A model generated the notes under the pieces. That model was given only the letters and a program-made list of their open reading frames with translations. It searched no databases and had not been told where the DNA came from. Both the position numbers and the translations under genes were made by a program. Shown here piece after piece: positions 49,301 through 61,821 of a DNA stretch of 64,000 bases (position 1 is its first letter; each line of letters starts with the position of its first letter). This DNA is from Paraphysomonas bandaiensis (taxonomy: Eukaryota > Protista > Chrysophyceae): NCBI GenBank assembly GCA_965644295.1, contig CBFFRP010000150.1, forward strand, positions 124,001 through 188,000. The letters are read 5' to 3'.

Positions 49301-51881
49301 CATATGTGAATTATATCTAGATGACCTGATTATATATGCTTCTACAGAAGATGAACTAATTGAAAATTACGTTAAAGTTCTAGAACGCTTCAGGAAATAC
49401 AATGTTTACATTAATCCTGAGAAAGTGAAAATAGGAGAGTCCGAAGTACAATATGTAGGACATACTCTAAATGAGGAAGGGTTACACTTTACTAGAGAAC
49501 GTCTGGATAGTGTATTAAATTTCCCAAAGCCTGAAACTATGAAGGGTCTAAAATCTTTCCTCGGATTGGCAAATTATTTTCGGGATCACGTGCACAACCA
49601 CTCCTTAGTGGTGAGACCGTTAAATAAAATGCTTCTCAACTATCATAGACGTAAACGTCTACAATGGACAGAGGATGCCAATGAAGCATTTGAAAAGATC
49701 AAATTGATGATCCATGAATGTCCAACATTATTTTTCATTGATGACGAGTCACCAATATATTTATTGACCGATGCATCTGATTATGGAATAGGAGCATACC
49801 TCTACCAAGTAGTAGATGGTGTAGAACGTCCAATCGGATTTCTCAGTAAAACATTCGATGAAAGAATGATGAATTGGGATACACCTCAGAAAGAAGGATA
49901 TGCTATATACTATGCCTTAGATAAATGGGACTACCTATTAAGGTATAGATACTTTACGATCAAAACAGATCATAAAAATATTACTCAGTTGAGAACTGAT
50001 TACGCTAAGGATAAGAAAGTTCAGCGATGGTTGAAATGTTTCCAAGCATATGATTATGATCTATGTGATATTAAAGGATCTGATAATGTTGTTGCTGATG
50101 CATTTAGTAGACTATGTGCATTAGAATCTAAAATGGAAACAAAATGTGCTTCCCTAATTCCCGATATTAAAGTTCCAAACAAGGAATGGGAAATTATTAA
50201 AAGATTTCATAACAATGTTACAGGTCATCATGGTATTGATCGTACAATACAAAAATTACGAGACAATGGTCATAAATGGTCAAAGCAAGGGGCACATGTG
50301 ACAAAATTTATTAAAACTTGTCCTTGTTGTCAAAAGATGAGTAGAATTAAACCAATAATTAATGCTCATCCCTTTACTGTCTCAACATATGGCCCGATGC
50401 AAAGAATAGCAGTGGATTTTATTCAGAGTCTGCATCCAGATGAGGATGGATACACTAATATATTAGTGATTATCGATTCTTTTTCTAGGTGGGTAGAATT
50501 AATCCCTACTAAGAATCTCACTGCCATGGCGGCGGCAAAGGGATTGCTTCAACACCTGGGTAGATATGGAGCACCTATTGAGATTCATTCGGATCTTGGA
50601 CCAGCATTTGTGGATGATTTAACAAAATCATTGATAGAAATGGTTGGAAGTAATCAATCATTTTCGATGGCGTATTCTAAAGAAGAAAATGCTATAGTGG
50701 AACGTGCTAATAAAGAAATTTTAAGGCACTTAAGAAATATTATATTTGATAAAAATGTACTAAATAATTGGTCAATGTATCTACCTTTAGTACAAAGAAT
50801 TATGAATTCTTCTAAACATAGAAGCACCGGCGTTACTCCCGCTAGTATTCTATTTGGGAATGCAGTAGATTTAGATAAGAGTTTATTCATTGAACACAAT
50901 GAGAACTTGGACGGGAACGAACAAAAGCTATCACATTGGATAGATAGAATACAAAAGGTTCAGTCCACTATTATGGATGTTGCAAGACGAAATCTTCGCA
51001 AACATGATGAAATCCACATGGCAACTGCACCAAATATACAAACAAAAGAATTTCCAATAAATTCTTATGTGTTAGTTGAGCATAGACAAAATGCTTTACG
51101 TCCTGGACCGGCAAGTAAGTTATTACCATATCTTAAAGGTCCAATGCGAGTAGTCAATGTTATTGGAGACAAATATACTCTTCAAGATATTGTTACTAAA
51201 CGTAATAAAGACTATCATATAAAGAAATTAAGGGAATTTAATTACGATCCCTCTACTATTGACCCCTTACAAGTGGCATGTAAAGATGGTGGAAACTTTT
51301 ATGCTATTGACCATATTTCAAAAATAAAAGGTCGAGCTAAAGGTCCGAAAAGACAAATAAAATTTCTAGTACATTGGATAGGGTATGAAAAACCTACATG
51401 GGAACCATGGGCTAACGTTAGAAAAACGTATGCTCTACAAAATTTCCTAACTCAACATCCTGATGAAAATGTAAGAAATTTACTACCTCGAAATGTGGTT
51501 TATTCTTCTGATGAAGAAGATTAATAACAAAGTTTACAGAATTGAGTGTCAATATAACACATTAACACATCAATTATAAGGGGAGGTAGTGTAGGACTAT
51601 CCACTTACATATAGAATATATACGTGTACATGTCCTGTATTATATGATTAGTAGTACAGTACTGTATTGTATACGTGTACCATGTAGTTAGGAATACAAA
51701 CTGTAGGGAATGTGATTGTTGTTGGGATTAGCAATAGCCGTTGATATTGTAGACAGTATTATTAGCCGTTGATATTGTAGACAGTATTATTCATGATTCA
51801 TTATACGATAATAATCATTATTTTGTACTTCTGTACTTGGGTATTGCTTTGCACACATACACATATGTATGCAAGCCCACA
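46351..51881 (+). mobile_element. Full-length young Ty3/Gypsy chromovirus
   Basis: 292-bp TG...CA LTRs at 46351-46642 and 51590-51881, apparently identical; 4-bp TSD TCAT; PPT aaggggaggtag. Confidence 0.97.
46692..51524 (+). CDS. Gypsy gag-pol, single 1610-aa ORF (PR, RT, RNase H, INT, chromodomain)
   Basis: LLDTGA, WRFCVDYK, YLDD, LTDASDYG, HHCC integrase, KFLVHWIGYEKPTWEP chromodomain. Confidence 0.97.
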   Translation: MGESKRSKIKAAPQIEELLAASGSSSKKTKRERESSRKRARDATTSSQMQSSPQTETSVEAEGELSGVSFRELSSSQPKRKKQRSGDPHPNRSERIDLNEVIATESTPHEVINTDSIPYLGSVQDEDIIEFCENLSKRDPKGTKFIRSEIMAPTVRDMLQFQRQQDFGDESDEDWLDPNIVTTEELIQWLKQAFLEEEERYSDTLEPLPRFIDNIIGPKVKVDIHVPKVFLKEYGRLNELYKLIPEASLTEVASDTIVKTLKKNIKLVGGHSFRKDAKEKFIADIGQGQSAPKDFGAFCRKVRELNNDYSQAVRKVKRMETKLDSKETSKSNKTKNTKTSSSSSSSSTKATTDTKEACWICGNLHKGDCTRKTCAWANHEKKPWKDSTQGKKYAVMGWSTCPYVENPDGPPRSKTSKLSCPKCLYINAIDMNNDMLDVFVYPKADVNVQQVKENLRAKALLDTGATGNNFINQELADMLVARYRIPLHECNIKICSALDNACCSSKQYMIITIRLTDEYNNTLDIELQCLIIDSTFDIIIGRETIKKYRLVDHFPSHFMERELAGKMLATAAGHAEKTQLLSEHISERATCYNNMETLRRQAKEHLSYNNNLLTSNSLVSTMYSPPISSMRISAYEKEDIGEIRDNYLESIPEEIVTNTQEKVEGTTLPTKISGPESLQRRVREIHEIYKDRFRTTVSDMPMDVPPFELEVDRDAWEQPKHCGPPRKMDRVRQYACKKQIDTFVEHGIIQPSTAPYYSQVLLVPKPNDKWRFCVDYKGLNKHTQRERWPIPNIKEMLERIGSKKPKYFIILDLVSGYYQAKISEYSRKWTAFITFWGVFEWLRLPMGLSGAPSYFQRVLTTIVLAGLIMFICELYLDDLIIYASTEDELIENYVKVLERFRKYNVYINPEKVKIGESEVQYVGHTLNEEGLHFTRERLDSVLNFPKPETMKGLKSFLGLANYFRDHVHNHSLVVRPLNKMLLNYHRRKRLQWTEDANEAFEKIKLMIHECPTLFFIDDESPIYLLTDASDYGIGAYLYQVVDGVERPIGFLSKTFDERMMNWDTPQKEGYAIYYALDKWDYLLRYRYFTIKTDHKNITQLRTDYAKDKKVQRWLKCFQAYDYDLCDIKGSDNVVADAFSRLCALESKMETKCASLIPDIKVPNKEWEIIKRFHNNVTGHHGIDRTIQKLRDNGHKWSKQGAHVTKFIKTCPCCQKMSRIKPIINAHPFTVSTYGPMQRIAVDFIQSLHPDEDGYTNILVIIDSFSRWVELIPTKNLTAMAAAKGLLQHLGRYGAPIEIHSDLGPAFVDDLTKSLIEMVGSNQSFSMAYSKEENAIVERANKEILRHLRNIIFDKNVLNNWSMYLPLVQRIMNSSKHRSTGVTPASILFGNAVDLDKSLFIEHNENLDGNEQKLSHWIDRIQKVQSTIMDVARRNLRKHDEIHMATAPNIQTKEFPINSYVLVEHRQNALRPGPASKLLPYLKGPMRVVNVIGDKYTLQDIVTKRNKDYHIKKLREFNYDPSTIDPLQVACKDGGNFYAIDHISKIKGRAKGPKRQIKFLVHWIGYEKPTWEPWANVRKTYALQNFLTQHPDENVRNLLPRNVVYSSDEED

Positions 51882-52926
51882 TCATCAACTACTGAATCTA
51901 GTAATATGTCATCACCTGCTTCTGTGTCGAAAAGACTTGGTACCATGTCAATTGATAGTTGTCCCACATCAGCTGACACAGCAAGGAGTGCCATATCGAA
52001 GGTTGCATCCAGTGTCAGTACCAGAAGCGTCATGTCTGGGAAGCCTCGTAGTGCCTCACGTGTCGACTACTTTAAAGCACCTGCATGGGTTTACCGTATT
52101 GTATCGACAATTATCAACTTTGATAATGTCAATACGTTATATGATCCATGTGCTGCTGGTTCTGTGTTCAAAACTCTATTGAGTGAAGATAATTACTTAG
52201 ATGAAAACCTTAGTATTGTCGAAAAAGATTTATACGCAGAAGGATACGAGAATGAAGATTACTTACACTCAGAGTTTGATGAATACGACTTCCTTGTGAC
52301 AAATCTTCTAGAGGCGAAGATGTAAAAGTCCGAAAAATTGCTTAGTTTGTATGTATAAATGATTAGGATGGTACAGGAGGGAGTAATAAGTTGATTTTGT
52401 TGAACAAACCTTCTCTCGACGAAAACTTGAAATCAGCGATCAGCACTCTTGAGAGAAAAATCTGTCGGTAAGTTATTGTTGGTCACGATGCAAGTAATGA
52501 ATTGTAACACTAGTGTTTTACTTGCCGTGTTTGAGAACATTTGACCAGTTGAGTCATTTATGTATGTGGATTACACCTTGGTTATGACTGTCATTGAGAC
52601 AAATCTTAACATGACTAGTCAGTAAATAATAATTATCGATTCAACTACATTCTTATCAAGAGGATTATTTGCCCGTATATTACTACATCCAGAGCATAGA
52701 GCATATTCGCCATTATATTATTTAGTAGTTTTTATGGTAGAAACCCGGGGTTTTACAACCTTTACAAATTTAAATTATTTTTTCCTCCCCCTATATATCT
52801 ACTATTAACTCTACCTATTATATCTACTTTTTACTATCTATATTACTTTTTAATTATAACCATATATATTAATAATATATAAAGTAATTAATTTTATTAT
52901 AGGAATATAAGTAATACATTATAAAG

Positions 52927-54599
52927 CAGGGATAGGGAACAATATATTGTATTGCAATATATTGTACAATATATTGCAATATATTGTAAAATATATTGAT
53001 TGGTGGACTGGTCAAATATTCCATCAATAGTGTTTCTGTTAATAGAGCTCACAATACTATTGCAATATATTGCAATCAATATTATGATAGTCATATAAGA
53101 GAAGATCCTCAACTGTATGGTGCAAAATATACGCCTCTGTATACAAATATCCGGAAAATAAGAAAAAAAGCCTATTTTTGATGTTATTTTCTATTTTTTA
53201 TGTATCGCCAGCTCAAACAGCACTCTACACCTCTCCACATGTATGTACAGTACTTCTCTTAATATAGTATATATATCCTATAGTGACAATGCTACAAACA
53301 GAAAATTGGCTACTGATTCTGGTAACACCGTATTACTTGTGTGAAATTGTCGAATGTTATAATATATATTAGGTGTACCCCTAGTTGGATGTGCATCTCA
53401 CCGACTAAATCTCGCTGTCAATGAACTCATTGGCAGCAAAGAGAAGAGGAATAACCAAGGAGATGTGACAAGATCTGACGAAGGCATTAGGCCTCTTATT
53501 CGCAAAGTAGACCTACTAATGGGGAAGTTGAAGCAGATTAAGAATGCTGCATTGCTACGTGGCCAAACCAGTCTGCTACCAGAAAGGGTAAATGTCACAA
53601 GATGGTCTTCTATGTTTCAGGTTCTCGTAAAGTGGATGCGTATAAAAGATCATGTATTAAAAATTGAAGACTTACCGCTTGCAGTTACTGATATGATTCC
53701 TACTCCTCGACAGAATACCGAAATAATCGCCCTTGTAGACGACCTGAGGAAGTTTGAAAGCGTCTCGAAATTGCTTCAAACTGGAGGATCAAGTCAAGTG
53801 AATCTTTATGAATGCCGGAACATATTTGATGGCTTATTGAGGGACTTTAGGCCAAAGTATCCACTATCTGCTTTACAGAAAAACAGTCCCATTGTTAATG
53901 ATCCGAATTTCGAGAATGGAATTGCAAAACTCCAAGCAGGCGAAGAATTGGACTTGACAAGATCTGAGAAAGATGCTGTTAGAATATATCTCCGTTCAGA
54001 CAGTGATTATTGCAACAATACAGAGGATGATGAAGCTGAAGTTGGCTATGCGGAAAAAATTCTTCAATCAGCTCAAAAACTTAAGAAGCGAAAAGTTGAA
54101 ATATCTAAGTACAGGTGCACGAGTCATGTAGTATGTACTTCCAATACGTGTGAACGCCTGTTCAGCGCAGCAAAACTGATTATATCAGTGTTGCGCAAAC
54201 GTATGCATCCTACTACACTTAATATGCTGTTGTTTCTGAAAGCTAACCGACAGTTGTGGCCGGATGCAAGCATATTTCAATCAATATTGAATGAATATGG
54301 TGATGATGATGTCACCGATGATGGCTCAGAGGATGAGTATGAGGAAACTTTTAATTAGTTAAGAGTAGTGGGTTTGATTATCAAGTGACCTTAGACCTTA
54401 TAAAATATGGCAAGTACTAAAAATGAAAACTACGGATGTGTTTACTTACTGATTAGTCATACTAATATATTGCAATATATTGTACAATATATTGCAATAT
54501 ATTGCAATAGTATTGTAGGGCCGGTTTAAAAAATCCATCAATACTATTGATGGAACGCTACCTAACAATAGTATTGCAATATATTGTTCCCTATCCCTG
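52927..54599 (+). mobile_element. hAT transposon, internally deleted
   Basis: TIR cagggatagggaacaatatattg; 8-bp TSD TTATAAAG; atattgca subterminal repeats. Confidence 0.94.
53375..54358 (+). pseudogene. C-terminal half of a hAT transposase
   Basis: GCASHRLNLAV, VTRWSS and TSNTCERLFS motifs; N-terminal half missing. Confidence 0.88.
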
Positions 54600-54938
54600 T
54601 TATAAAGTATTTAAGTTTTTAGTAATAAATAATAATATATAAGTAGAAACTAGCGAGAGAGAGAGAATTACAACCGAAGTTGTATTTGGAAACTTTCGGA
54701 GAAAAGCCCCAATGAAATCGGGTTGGGGTTAAAAAAAGGCTAGCCTTTGTCCGCCTCCGCGTTTTTTTTATATTGTGCATATAAAATCCAGCACAAGCTA
54801 ATACAATTCGAATAATAAGGTTTATTATTATGACTGTGCCTACAAGATGAACTCACATCGGAACTCCCAACTTTCATGAACAGCAGGCGATGAACTCATA
54901 CACACCCTAAACTAAGATTATACCAGTCAGGCAAACCC

Positions 54939-56229
54939 TTAATTATGAATGCTCTTAGCGATATCAGGCATACGGATAAACTCTGGAGGAGCATTCTTTC
55001 CATTCTCGTCGGAATAAATGTCTTCATACAGCCACTCATTCGGGGGGAATGAAGAAGTCTTAGCTCTTGTGAGAGCCTGTTGGACTTCGCTTCGAACCTC
55101 CTTCTCGATTTTTTTAATATCATCAGGAGTATAAAAGTTGTTATCGACCAGCAGCTTCTTGACGTAATCAATAGGGTCGCGGGCGGATCGGACACCTCCG
55201 ACCTCATCACGGGTACGGTACGTAGTGCCTGGATCGGACATAGAGTGGCCATGGTAACGATATGTGTCCATTTCGACATACATCGGCCCATTACCAGAGG
55301 AGCAAAACTCCCTGACCATTTTCATGCCTTCTCGGACGGCAAGAACATTCATACCATTAATACGAATACCAGGAATATGGTTCCCCATGGTGTAGTACTG
55401 GTAGTTGGACGAGGAACGGTTGCTGGATGTTCCCATACCGTACTGATTATTCTCAATAACGAAAACCATTGGCAATTTCCACAGGGATGCCATGTTAGCA
55501 GACTCCCAAATTTGGCCCTGGTTCGCGGCCCCATCACCATACATAGCCATTGCAATGGGCATTTGTGCACCCTCTGGAGTCATATACTTAGATGCCAGCG
55601 CGAGACCAGCCCCAACAGGAACCTGAGCGCCAACAATTCCCTGACCACCGTAAAAATTGTGAGATTTTTTGTAGAAATGCATGGAGCCTCCCTTGCCCCT
55701 AGTGCATCCAGTTCGAAATCCCAAAAGCTCTGCAAACACTTGCTCGACAGTAATTCCACGAGTAAGGGCAATACAATGGCATCTGTATGAAGTAATGATC
55801 GAATCCTCAACAGTGGTAGCAGCATCAATGCCAGTTGCCACAGCCTCCTGACCATCATACAAATGGCAAAATCCTCTAATATTTCTAGCCTATATAATAA
55901 AATTAATTTATTATCATAATCATGTTATTATATATATATATATGACCTTATATTCAGTGTCATTCGTGATTTCCATACGGCGCATTGTATACATAAGCTT
56001 AAAATAATTCGTGAGCTCTTCTTTAGTTGTTGTTGCAGTAGTTTGAGGTGCTTCACATTCTATATATATATATTAATATATATGTATGTTATATATGGAT
56101 GATCTTACTGTGAGATGAAAAGGCCTTATCACCCAAATCAACTGTGATGGTATCTGCAGAGAACTGTCTGAGATATACATTCATACCTTTACGACATAAT
56201 GATGTAATAGAACGTGAAGATGTAAGCAT
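54939..56229 (-). CDS. PDHA1: Mitochondrial pyruvate dehydrogenase E1 alpha subunit
   Basis: IRGFCHLYDGQEA, GKGGSMH, YGDGAANQGQ, YRYHGHSMSDPG; transit-peptide-like start MLTSSRSITSLCRK; three 5' introns. Confidence 0.96.
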
Positions 56230-57789
56230 AGTTTAATTTATAGGGAGGATGATGAGAGGGAATGTATGGTGTTTAATTGTAAGTGAGGATGTGAGATATG
56301 CATATATATATATATGTATGTGTATGTATGTATAGAGAGTTATGTATCTATAGACCATACAGTACACACATCCATACATACATGTACATACTACGACATG
56401 ATCTACGCACCCATTCCATTCATATGAAAATACGTCTACATACATATCATATACATACACACCTCATGTGTTGCATGTACAGCAGTATGTATTGTACATA
56501 CCATACAACCATAAACATATACAAAAATACTGTAGGGGTCTTGTGTCACCAGCACCACACACACCATATGCTTTTTTTGTGATCATGTGATGATGATGAC
56601 CAATAAAAAGAACCCATCACCTCCGTGTGTATGTACGTACGCGCCTATCTCTGTCGTATCGGCAGTCAGCATCTTATTTTTTCGGAAATTTATTGAAGCA
56701 AAATATACTCTATATTACTGAGATACAACTACGGCTGAAATACAGATAATTGTTATCTCAATATTTGTCTCATATACAAAGGATGCCGATATGGTGTATG
56801 GGGATGTATGTGGACACAGCAGTATATACAGTCACATATATATAGAAGATTGGACTGATTCATATACACATACATCTATATACATATACATATGGATATT
56901 ACTCTAATCACACACAAAACATACCACTAAAGGCTTAAGATTAATTCTGGAGGCAAATATGATTAATTCAGACTCATTTCTTATCTAAATAACATGCTGC
57001 AAGTGTGTTGTTGTGTAGCTTAATGATCTTAATGACTAGAATTGAATATAGAAAAATACACATGTATATAATAGCTGATTAAAGGTATACTAATATATTG
57101 CAATGGTATTGTTGGGCTGGTTAAAAGTATGAGCAATAGTATGTAATATACTGTTTCTGAGTCCCTATATACTATATATATGTATATCGTTAAATAACAA
57201 TTAAACTTGTATATATCTTCATATTTTAATTAGTCACTATCTAAAGGAATTGCACTACATTTAAGAAGTGAAGTATAAACAAAGAAAATGTATCTGACAA
57301 AGACCGAGTTAAATTTCGTTGAAGAAACTCGTGAGTTCGATATAACAACTCTCAGCATAGCCTACGTGATTTAAAGTAATAATAAGAATAATTGGTGATT
57401 TTAGCTCATCCTACTATAATGTATGCTTGAACTGTTGTAATCAACACAATGGTGACGTGAAACCAAACTGTTCGCCACTTTACGTTATTCTGTATAGTAG
57501 AGAACGTGGTGTCGTAGCTTCTTGCTGTGTATTGCTGATGCAGTATACCACTACGTATTTTCGTACGTTTTATCTTATGGAAACCTCTGTGGTTATATAT
57601 ATTATATACTATATACTTTATACCACATCAAATATTCCAACAGTAACTACCATCATGCATGGCCAGCAGTGCAGATTATGACCACACCAAAACGCATCAC
57701 ATTCAAAGTGAAAATAATAAGTCGCAAATCACAGTACAGAGAGTCCGCAAACGGTGGATAATACCGATAATTTTTAATAGTCTAGTTTG

Positions 57790-60700
57790 TCAAGAAAATG
57801 TGAATCCCTCGCTACCATGAACTATTGCTGTATGTAAACTCTTCCGTAGACAATGCCTGCTAGGATACTCCGGTAGGCGAAGCAAGTTGAAACAAGTGGC
57901 GGCAGTGGGCAGGGCTTTAGCTTCACAGTAAGGCACTTTCGCTATAGTAAACATTGGTCTAATTCCTGAAGAACATACTATTAAGCATATAGTACACCCA
58001 TACTGCACCACACCTGTAAAGCCAGTCGGAGGAAGACGAGTGCAACCCGTTACAAACCTGAGAGCATTACAATTAATTCATATACTTTCTACTGACAACT
58101 TACCGTAACAGCATCCCTCTGGAAGAGCTATCTGCTTCCCCCACAAACTCCCAAAACCACTTAATCACGATGTCCAGTGCTGCATAACCATTGTACATTG
58201 TGTGATTTTTCCATTCGTCCAAATCAATAGCTCCAACCCCAGTTACCAACACGCCGATATCCGACACTGCAAGAAGATCCAAGCATTTCTGTGGCACAAT
58301 ACGTCGAATACCAGCAGATGTTTGTTCAGCAGCTGTACGCATTTTCTGTACCAGTGTGTGTTCTATCAATAAATCCACGTACTCGGATTTATTGTTGTCA
58401 GTAACAGCAATACCATCCCCTCCGGGAACAAGGTTAACAACAACTCCAGATGCATCGGCGGCAGTGAAAGACAAATCTAAATCTTGAGCTCCACTGTTGG
58501 CCAACATCCATTGTAGATTCTTGTATAAGTCACAATCCACATTGGCCACGTCATGAAGACTAATTGGTTCATCAAATACGAGCTTCCAAAAGCAGTCAGC
58601 AATGTTTATCGATAGTAGGCCAGAGTCCAGAGGAGCATGAGCGGAATCACTCACTCCAGATGATCGATAACGACGAAGAAGCAAATGGCCAATCAATTCA
58701 CCAAACTCAAAATAAGGTAAATCATCCGAAAAGGTAGATTTCGAAGACAAAGAAATCGGTACACATGTTTGCATTGAATTGTTTTCTACAGTAGAAAATA
58801 ATGCATAATTATCGCCACCTTCTTCACTAAAGCAAAGATCAGCAGAAATTTTCTCGAACACCTCACGTTCAACACCGATTCCAATGCCTTCCTCCCCAAA
58901 AAACTGAAATAACACATTCTTTTGCAGGTAAGATGGCTTCTCTAACAAACCGGTACTTGTGTCTTTGTCCTCCTCTTGCAGGGCTGATACCAAGCTGCGC
59001 CAGGTATGTACCCGTGGCAGAATAATTTCTTCTGGTATCACATATTCGTCACACGAGAGAGTAGTCAAAGCACACTCTGCATACTCAAATTCTGTGCAAT
59101 ACTCCAACAACTTTTTTCCAACCGCAAGTTTGTTATCTATGTCCAACAAACAAGGGTTTTCTATTAGAAAAAAAAGTTTACCTTCCAAATGATGATGATT
59201 GCTTCTGACCACTGAGTTCACTAGAGAAAAAAAATCGGGCACAGTTGCGAGTGATTCGAACACCTGGGCAATTCTCTCTCCCATTTGAGACAGCGCGTCC
59301 CCAAGATTACAGAGCTGCCGTACTGCAGAAAGGTTAGAACTCCGGAACACCAGTAGTGCACATTCTACATGTTGCGAGTACACGGCATATATGAAGGGCG
59401 ACCACAAGGATTCATCCTGTACATCTGGATCTACACCAGAGACCTCAAGCAGCGTTCTTGCTACTGATAAGTGCCCCATAAGACAGCTTGAATGTAAAGG
59501 CGTTACACCCATACAATCCTTTACTGTGCTCAGATCAGGCATCAGCTGCACAAGAACCTTGACGAAATTCACATTCCCTGGCACTTAAGTCAAATATTGG
59601 AAGCAAAACAAATAAACATATATCGACCTTCTTCTGCAGCCCAATGAATTACAGTACTTTCGTCATCAGACTCACTGAGCAACAGATGTCTGACCGCCTT
59701 GGACCGAACACGATACACGGCTGGATCAATAACGCTTTCAATATTACATATCGACGAGTCAACAGTGATTATGATAGACTGAAACATGTCAACCATATTA
59801 TCTCGTACAAGCTGAAAGATCACACATGGGTTATCTGAGAACCACTCGCTTGCACTGCTCAGAATACAGCAACTATATGTTGGAAAATATTTGCACAATA
59901 TATTACCCATATCAATATTACCCTGGCATATGGCAATCTCTAAAAGGGACATTGGAACTTCTTTGCAAATATAAAAACGAGAAGTTCGTCGAGTGCGTTT
60001 CGGAGAGGCCTTCAGCATTTGAAATAGAACAGGATTACTTCCTTCAGAAAAGTCGAGAAATTCTTCGGAAGTGGAATCACGAGAAGCAGTAAACCGTTTT
60101 AGAAGGAGATCTGCACACTTTACAGCTCCGTGCAAAGTACATAGCACAACAATGTCTTGCATCGTGGGAATAACACCACGACCAATACCGTCCCGACCAG
60201 GGTCTAGATGTTGCCTTATAGTGTTATAATCATCATCAGATATAGCTTGAGTCCACTTTGAGTCGATTTTACTAAGTGACTTCACGAGTTCTCCATGCCA
60301 ATCTCTCTCCTCTAATGCCGTCGGATCTGGAGTAACAGTGTGCGCCGCCTGGCTGTTACTCTCTCCTAGCTCGAAGTAAGTATAGAGTAAAACGTAGTTA
60401 ACATAGTATGCCTACCTGTACATGGCTTCGACAAGCCAAATGATTCATCCCAGTCCTCGTTACACTCACTGATATCTGGCCTGTTCTTCTTACACAGTCT
60501 TCGTTTTCCAGGAATCTTCCGCAAGCTTTCTCCTGCAAAATAAATACATATTATCCACACATAACATACATATTAATGAACTTTACCTTCATTAAACACA
60601 GAGGTACTCGAGTCACTGACCGTGTTACTTGAATAACTGTCTATGGATTGACTGTCCTCTCTAGTAACATGACCAGTAGACGCCTTACATAGTCTACTCT

Positions 60701-60882
60701 TTCCTGGAATTCTCTTGAAATTACCTGTAAATTGATAAGAATATAAGATATGGATTGTAGTATATGATATGACCAGTAGCAGGTTCATTGTGTTGCTTCT
60801 TCATGTATGTATCATCGCAATCATCAAAGAGATCCTCATCACTTGATATATCTACTGTACGTTGAGATCGTAAACGTTTCAT
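57790..60882 (-). CDS. Ankyrin-repeat HECT E3 ubiquitin ligase
   Basis: IHWAAEEG and TPLHSSCLMGH ankyrins; GEEGIG.GV.RE, WFWEFV, FVTG and LPTAATCFNLLRLPEY catalytic Cys; several introns. Confidence 0.9.
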
Positions 60883-61063
60883 TTATGATAGTATTTATTG
60901 GGTTATGAATGAAGGAATGGGATGATTATTGATACCTTGATTTGTTTTGTGTTAATATGAATAGGAGAATTCTTCTACCTTAACGAGACATCCAGCCACT
61001 ACCTATGATCATATGATATTATTGTACCTATAGGTGTGTACCTACCTACACACACTACATACG

Positions 61064-61126
61064 TACATACATACATACATACATACATACATACATACAT
61101 ACATACATACATACATACATACATAC
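61064..61126. repeat. (CATA)n microsatellite
   Basis: About 15 perfect units between divergent genes. Confidence 0.95.
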
Positions 61127-61279
61127 AGATTTTTGGCATGGCATGGTAGTGTCAGTGATGCAGTGTTTGTATATATACATATATATGTATATGCAGATAG
61201 GAGTGCAGCATTACATTCATTAAATTCCCAACAATTCATTCAATTATATAGAATTTATTTATCTCTTATAATTATATCA

Positions 61280-61821
61280 ATGGAAGATAGATCATTACCC
61301 CTTCATACTGCTCCTGTTGACCGTATGCGTCATGGGTTTCAGTGTTTAGAGAATGAGATGTCTGCAACACATCCGATTATGGGATTCGAAAAGAATGTAA
61401 GACAATATAATTCTATATATTATAACACTTATATATTATAATAATATAGTATGATAATATGCGATGGACGGAAAAAATAACTAATGCCCGACGAATGTAT
61501 GGTATTCATATGGCAATGAGACTGGCATCAGAGAGGGAACAGTTTGATAGGAGTCACCGCCTATTTGGACTGCCATCTTCGAAGTAATATTATAAATCAT
61601 AGTGTTTACTATTTATTTTTACTAATTATTATATAAAGGATAAGCTTGGAGTCCGCAACTGGCGATGGCATCAGCATCGATTATTCTGATTTTCTTAATG
61701 GTTTGTTCATACTATCTGTATGTCATCAGTTGTAACCATACTTGTAGACCCTTTGAAGAGGCCGGATATTCCTAAGGTACAGTTACACGAAGTTATGGAA
61801 GTAAAGCTTGGGCTGATGTGA
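61280..61821 (+). CDS. UMP1: Proteasome maturation factor UMP1/POMP
   Basis: DRMRHG...THP, YGIHMAMRL, LPSS, IDYSDFLN, LHEVMEVKLGLM*; three short introns. Confidence 0.9.

Larger units (their letters stand above)
46152..52350 (+). pseudogene. Decayed amino-DNA (N6-adenine-type) methyltransferase gene split by the Gypsy insertion
   Basis: Removing the Gypsy and one TCAT rejoins the frames (SSSMS|STTESS); then DYFKAPAW, LYDPCAAG, IVEKDL, DFLVTN(LL), and after a deletion GEDVKVRKIA*FV. Confidence 0.65.

Noticed and set aside
55080-55790. 236-aa plus-strand ORF
   Set aside because: Antisense shadow of conserved PDH E1-alpha
61034-61239. ORFs with YIHT/MYVC repeats (similar ones at 2344-2535 and 56233-56582)
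   Set aside because: Translations of CATA/TATG microsatellite-like promoter DNA
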